Assembly: GCA_964523855.1 (NCBI GenBank) | Contig: CAZGAF010000005.1 | Location: 3,357 to 40,292 of the forward strand | Length of the DNA stretch: 36,936 nt | Direction: 5' to 3' | Origin: an uncultured Candidatus Saccharibacteria bacterium | GTDB lineage: Bacteria; Patescibacteriota; Doudnabacteria; UBA920 | Part shown: piece after piece, positions 35,357 to 36,936 of the stretch | Layout of the letters: every line of letters begins with the position of its first letter | Position numbering within the stretch: the first letter of the stretch is position 1 | The notes under the pieces: generated by a model | What the model was told of the DNA's origin: nothing | What the model saw: only the letters and a program-made list of their open reading frames with translations | The model's database searches: none | Program-made: the position numbers and the translations under genes

Positions 35357-36226
35357 TTAAGCAGCCTTCTGTTCAACTTTATGGCTTTCATGGCCCTCAT
35401 GCTCTTCGTCGTGACCGCCGTGTTCCATTGTTGCCATGTTAAAGTAAACCAAAGTTAACATCGAAAATACTGTAGCTTGAATGAGACCAACCAAAATTTC
35501 CAAGGCTATAAAAGGCAAAGGTACAAAAACAGCAACTAAACCAGCCAACACGGTTAACAAAACCTCTCCGGCAAATACGTTACCGTACAGCCTCAAAGAC
35601 AAGGAAACCATTTTAGCGACTTCCGAGAAAATTTCGATAATTCCAACAAAGAATTCAACAACAGCTGTTAAAATTTTAACCGGGTTTAAAGAAATCACAG
35701 CTTTATACAAATCACCAAGTTTTATAAACTTATTTAAATACTTAAAGAACCCAATAGCTGCAATGCCAAACAAATGAGAGGTAACGACAGCTAAAACAGC
35801 CATAGCCAAAGTCATGTTTAAGTCTGTATTACTGGGTCTGAGTAATGGCAACATATGAACTTCTCCATGGTGGAGTCCCCACATATATATAGAACCCGTA
35901 CCCGGCATAAGCCCCAGCCAGTTTGCAAATAAAATAAAGAAAAAGAAACCACCAATAAAAGGCAAAAACTTTAAAGATTTTTTTCTATCGCCAGTTACCT
36001 GGTCCAAATAACCAAACATATACTCAACCAAAAATTCAAAAAAGTTTAAAAAACCTTTAGGTGCAATATTTTTTGTATAATACTTTTTAATTCCTCGCTG
36101 AATAAAAAACGCCACAACTATAAAAACAATAGTTGCTAAAGTGGTGTTTACATAAGAATTAGTAATTGGCAAACCTCCAATATAAAATAAGGTTTCAGCC
36201 TGAAGTGGGGGTAGTGCTAGTAACAT
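35357..36226 (-). CDS. atpB: Fo ATP synthase subunit a
   Basis: 289 aa. 'LSLRLYGNVFAGEVLL' carries the essential Arg. A His/Glu-rich C-terminal tail (MEHGGHDEEHEGHESH) is present. Confidence 0.93.
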   Translation of the reverse strand: MLLALPPLQAETLFYIGGLPITNSYVNTTLATIVFIVVAFFIQRGIKKYYTKNIAPKGFLNFFEFLVEYMFGYLDQVTGDRKKSLKFLPFIGGFFFFILFANWLGLMPGTGSIYMWGLHHGEVHMLPLLRPSNTDLNMTLAMAVLAVVTSHLFGIAAIGFFKYLNKFIKLGDLYKAVISLNPVKILTAVVEFFVGIIEIFSEVAKMVSLSLRLYGNVFAGEVLLTVLAGLVAVFVPLPFIALEILVGLIQATVFSMLTLVYFNMATMEHGGHDEEHEGHESHKVEQKAA

Positions 36227-36571
36227 TTACTTTTTTTTAATTAATTCTGAGAGCTTCTTTATCTGTTTGGCTATAGCTAGACTACTGACCATAATTGCCA
36301 ACAATAAGCCAATAATAACAAAAAACTTTTGATCATACTTCTGGTCAAACCATCTACCTAAAAGAACAAAGCCAACAAGGGGCAAGGCTAAAATTAAAGC
36401 AAAATCTATAGCAACACTAAACATAGACATTGCATTTAAAAGCTTAGGTCCGGGATTTTTTACTCCCACAGCCTTTGCTTCTTTAAGCTCGGCTTGCTCT
36501 TTGTGCAGCTGGTCCAAACTCATTCGACCGGGGACTTGGTAATTAGGATTTTCTAAGTCTTCGTTAGCCAT
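36227..36571 (-). CDS. AtpZ/AtpI-like small membrane protein (ATPase_gene1 family)
   Basis: 114 aa with two TM helices ('LILALPLVGFVLLGRWFDQKYDQKFFVIIGLLLAIMVS'). It is the first gene of the atp operon, with a 0-nt gap to atpB. Confidence 0.65.
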   Translation of the reverse strand: MANEDLENPNYQVPGRMSLDQLHKEQAELKEAKAVGVKNPGPKLLNAMSMFSVAIDFALILALPLVGFVLLGRWFDQKYDQKFFVIIGLLLAIMVSSLAIAKQIKKLSELIKKK

Positions 36572-36618
36572 AAATAGTTTTATTTAAGCCAAATTATTTA
36601 AATATTTTATTTGTTTTA

Positions 36619-36647
36619 ATTTTACAAAGAAGTGTGAGGAGTGTCAA
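36619..36647 (-). promoter_or_regulatory. Candidate sigma70 promoter of the atp operon
   Basis: On the minus strand: TTGACA (36647-36642), a 17-nt spacer, then TAAAAT (36624-36619). It lies about 48 nt upstream of the atpZ-like ATG. Confidence 0.6.
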
Positions 36648-36803
36648 TCCTTTAAGCACTTGACTCGTGTGGTATTTTATGCTTAGATATCGGCTTTTTA
36701 AAAACTAAATTAAATTTAACTTATTGTTTAAAGTTGACTTAAAACCTAACATCCCCGCTTTAGCTATACATCCCCAGATCTGATTCATCTGGCTATTTAC
36801 TTC

Positions 36804-36833
36804 TGGAGCCAAGACCGGGAATCGAACCCGGAA
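36804..36833 (-). other. tRNA-like 3' fragment (T arm, acceptor 3' strand and UCCA) without a recognisable 5' half
   Basis: The minus strand reads TTCCGGG TTCGATT CCCGG TCTTGGC T CCA. In the 63 nt between it and the neighbouring tRNA I found no GCCAAGA-type 5' acceptor strand, D arm or anticodon arm. Confidence 0.4.
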
Positions 36834-36896
36834 CCTATGGTTTACCCGCCCGACTTCGTAACGACCTAAATATTTTTTAGAAAAGTCCGTACCCAA

Positions 36897-36936
36897 TGGA
36901 GCCGGCTGTCGGACTTGAACCGACCACCTGCGGTTT
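36897..36936 (-). tRNA. 3' portion of a tRNA truncated by the window end (possibly tRNA-Cys)
   Basis: The minus strand reads ...AAA CCGCA GGTG GTCGG TTCAAGT CCGAC AGCCGGC T CCA. The U73 discriminator plus an anticodon loop ending in AAA (A36) fits Cys-GCA, but the anticodon itself lies outside the window. Confidence 0.6.

Noticed and set aside
36760-36833. Permuted tRNA (3' half upstream of 5' half) at the right edge
   Set aside because: The downstream string GCCAGAT could pair with the acceptor 3' strand TCTTGGC at only 5 of 7 positions. It is not followed by any D-arm-like sequence.
36705-36896. 63-aa minus-strand ORF from the track
   Set aside because: It overlaps the tRNA-like T arm/acceptor sequence and the spacer between two tRNA-type elements. 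It has no SD, and its composition is driven by the structured RNA sequence.

Overview
AT-rich, gene-dense bacterial segment with almost every gene on the minus strand. Only 1849-5203 and 24284-26135 are plus-strand islands. The content fits a Patescibacteria/CPR-like genome (inference): tandem GT-C glycosyltransferases, type IV pilin-like proteins, an archaeal-type UMP kinase, reduced aminoacyl-tRNA synthetases and short tightly coupled genes. From left to right the window holds a glycosylation cluster (partial GT2, two ArnT/PMT-like GT-C enzymes), then pyrH, an FtsQ-like gene, serS, a Nudix gene, lysS, greA and gyrB. Next come a RAYT/IS200-like HUH transposase with its palindromes, a mitochondrial-type single-chain PheRS with a free-standing tRNA-binding domain, two membrane/secreted proteins and a UvrD-type helicase-nuclease split by a 41-nt insertion. 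A nuclease-rich operon follows (PIN, frameshifted GxxExxY, NYN, an unknown 207-aa protein, pilin, RmuC), then a 50-aa sORF, hsp20 behind a CIRCE-like palindrome, and a GT4. The region 26575-28330 is a 1.75-kb stretch with no ORF of 60 aa or more. It carries tRNA-Asp, tRNA-Met and initiator tRNA-fMet. Each is followed by a partial 3'-half copy carrying the same GC hairpin, and one interval contains a GIY-YIG ORF hidden by an in-frame stop. The window ends with a short CCA-adding-type nucleotidyltransferase, a complete F1Fo ATP synthase operon with an extra P-loop gene wedged between atpA and atpG, and tRNA fragments at the right edge. Top candidates for new biology are the tRNA/GIY-YIG/half-tRNA cassette system, the FARS2-like PheRS arrangement and the P-loop gene inside the atp operon. 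No rRNA, CRISPR array or reverse transcriptase was seen.
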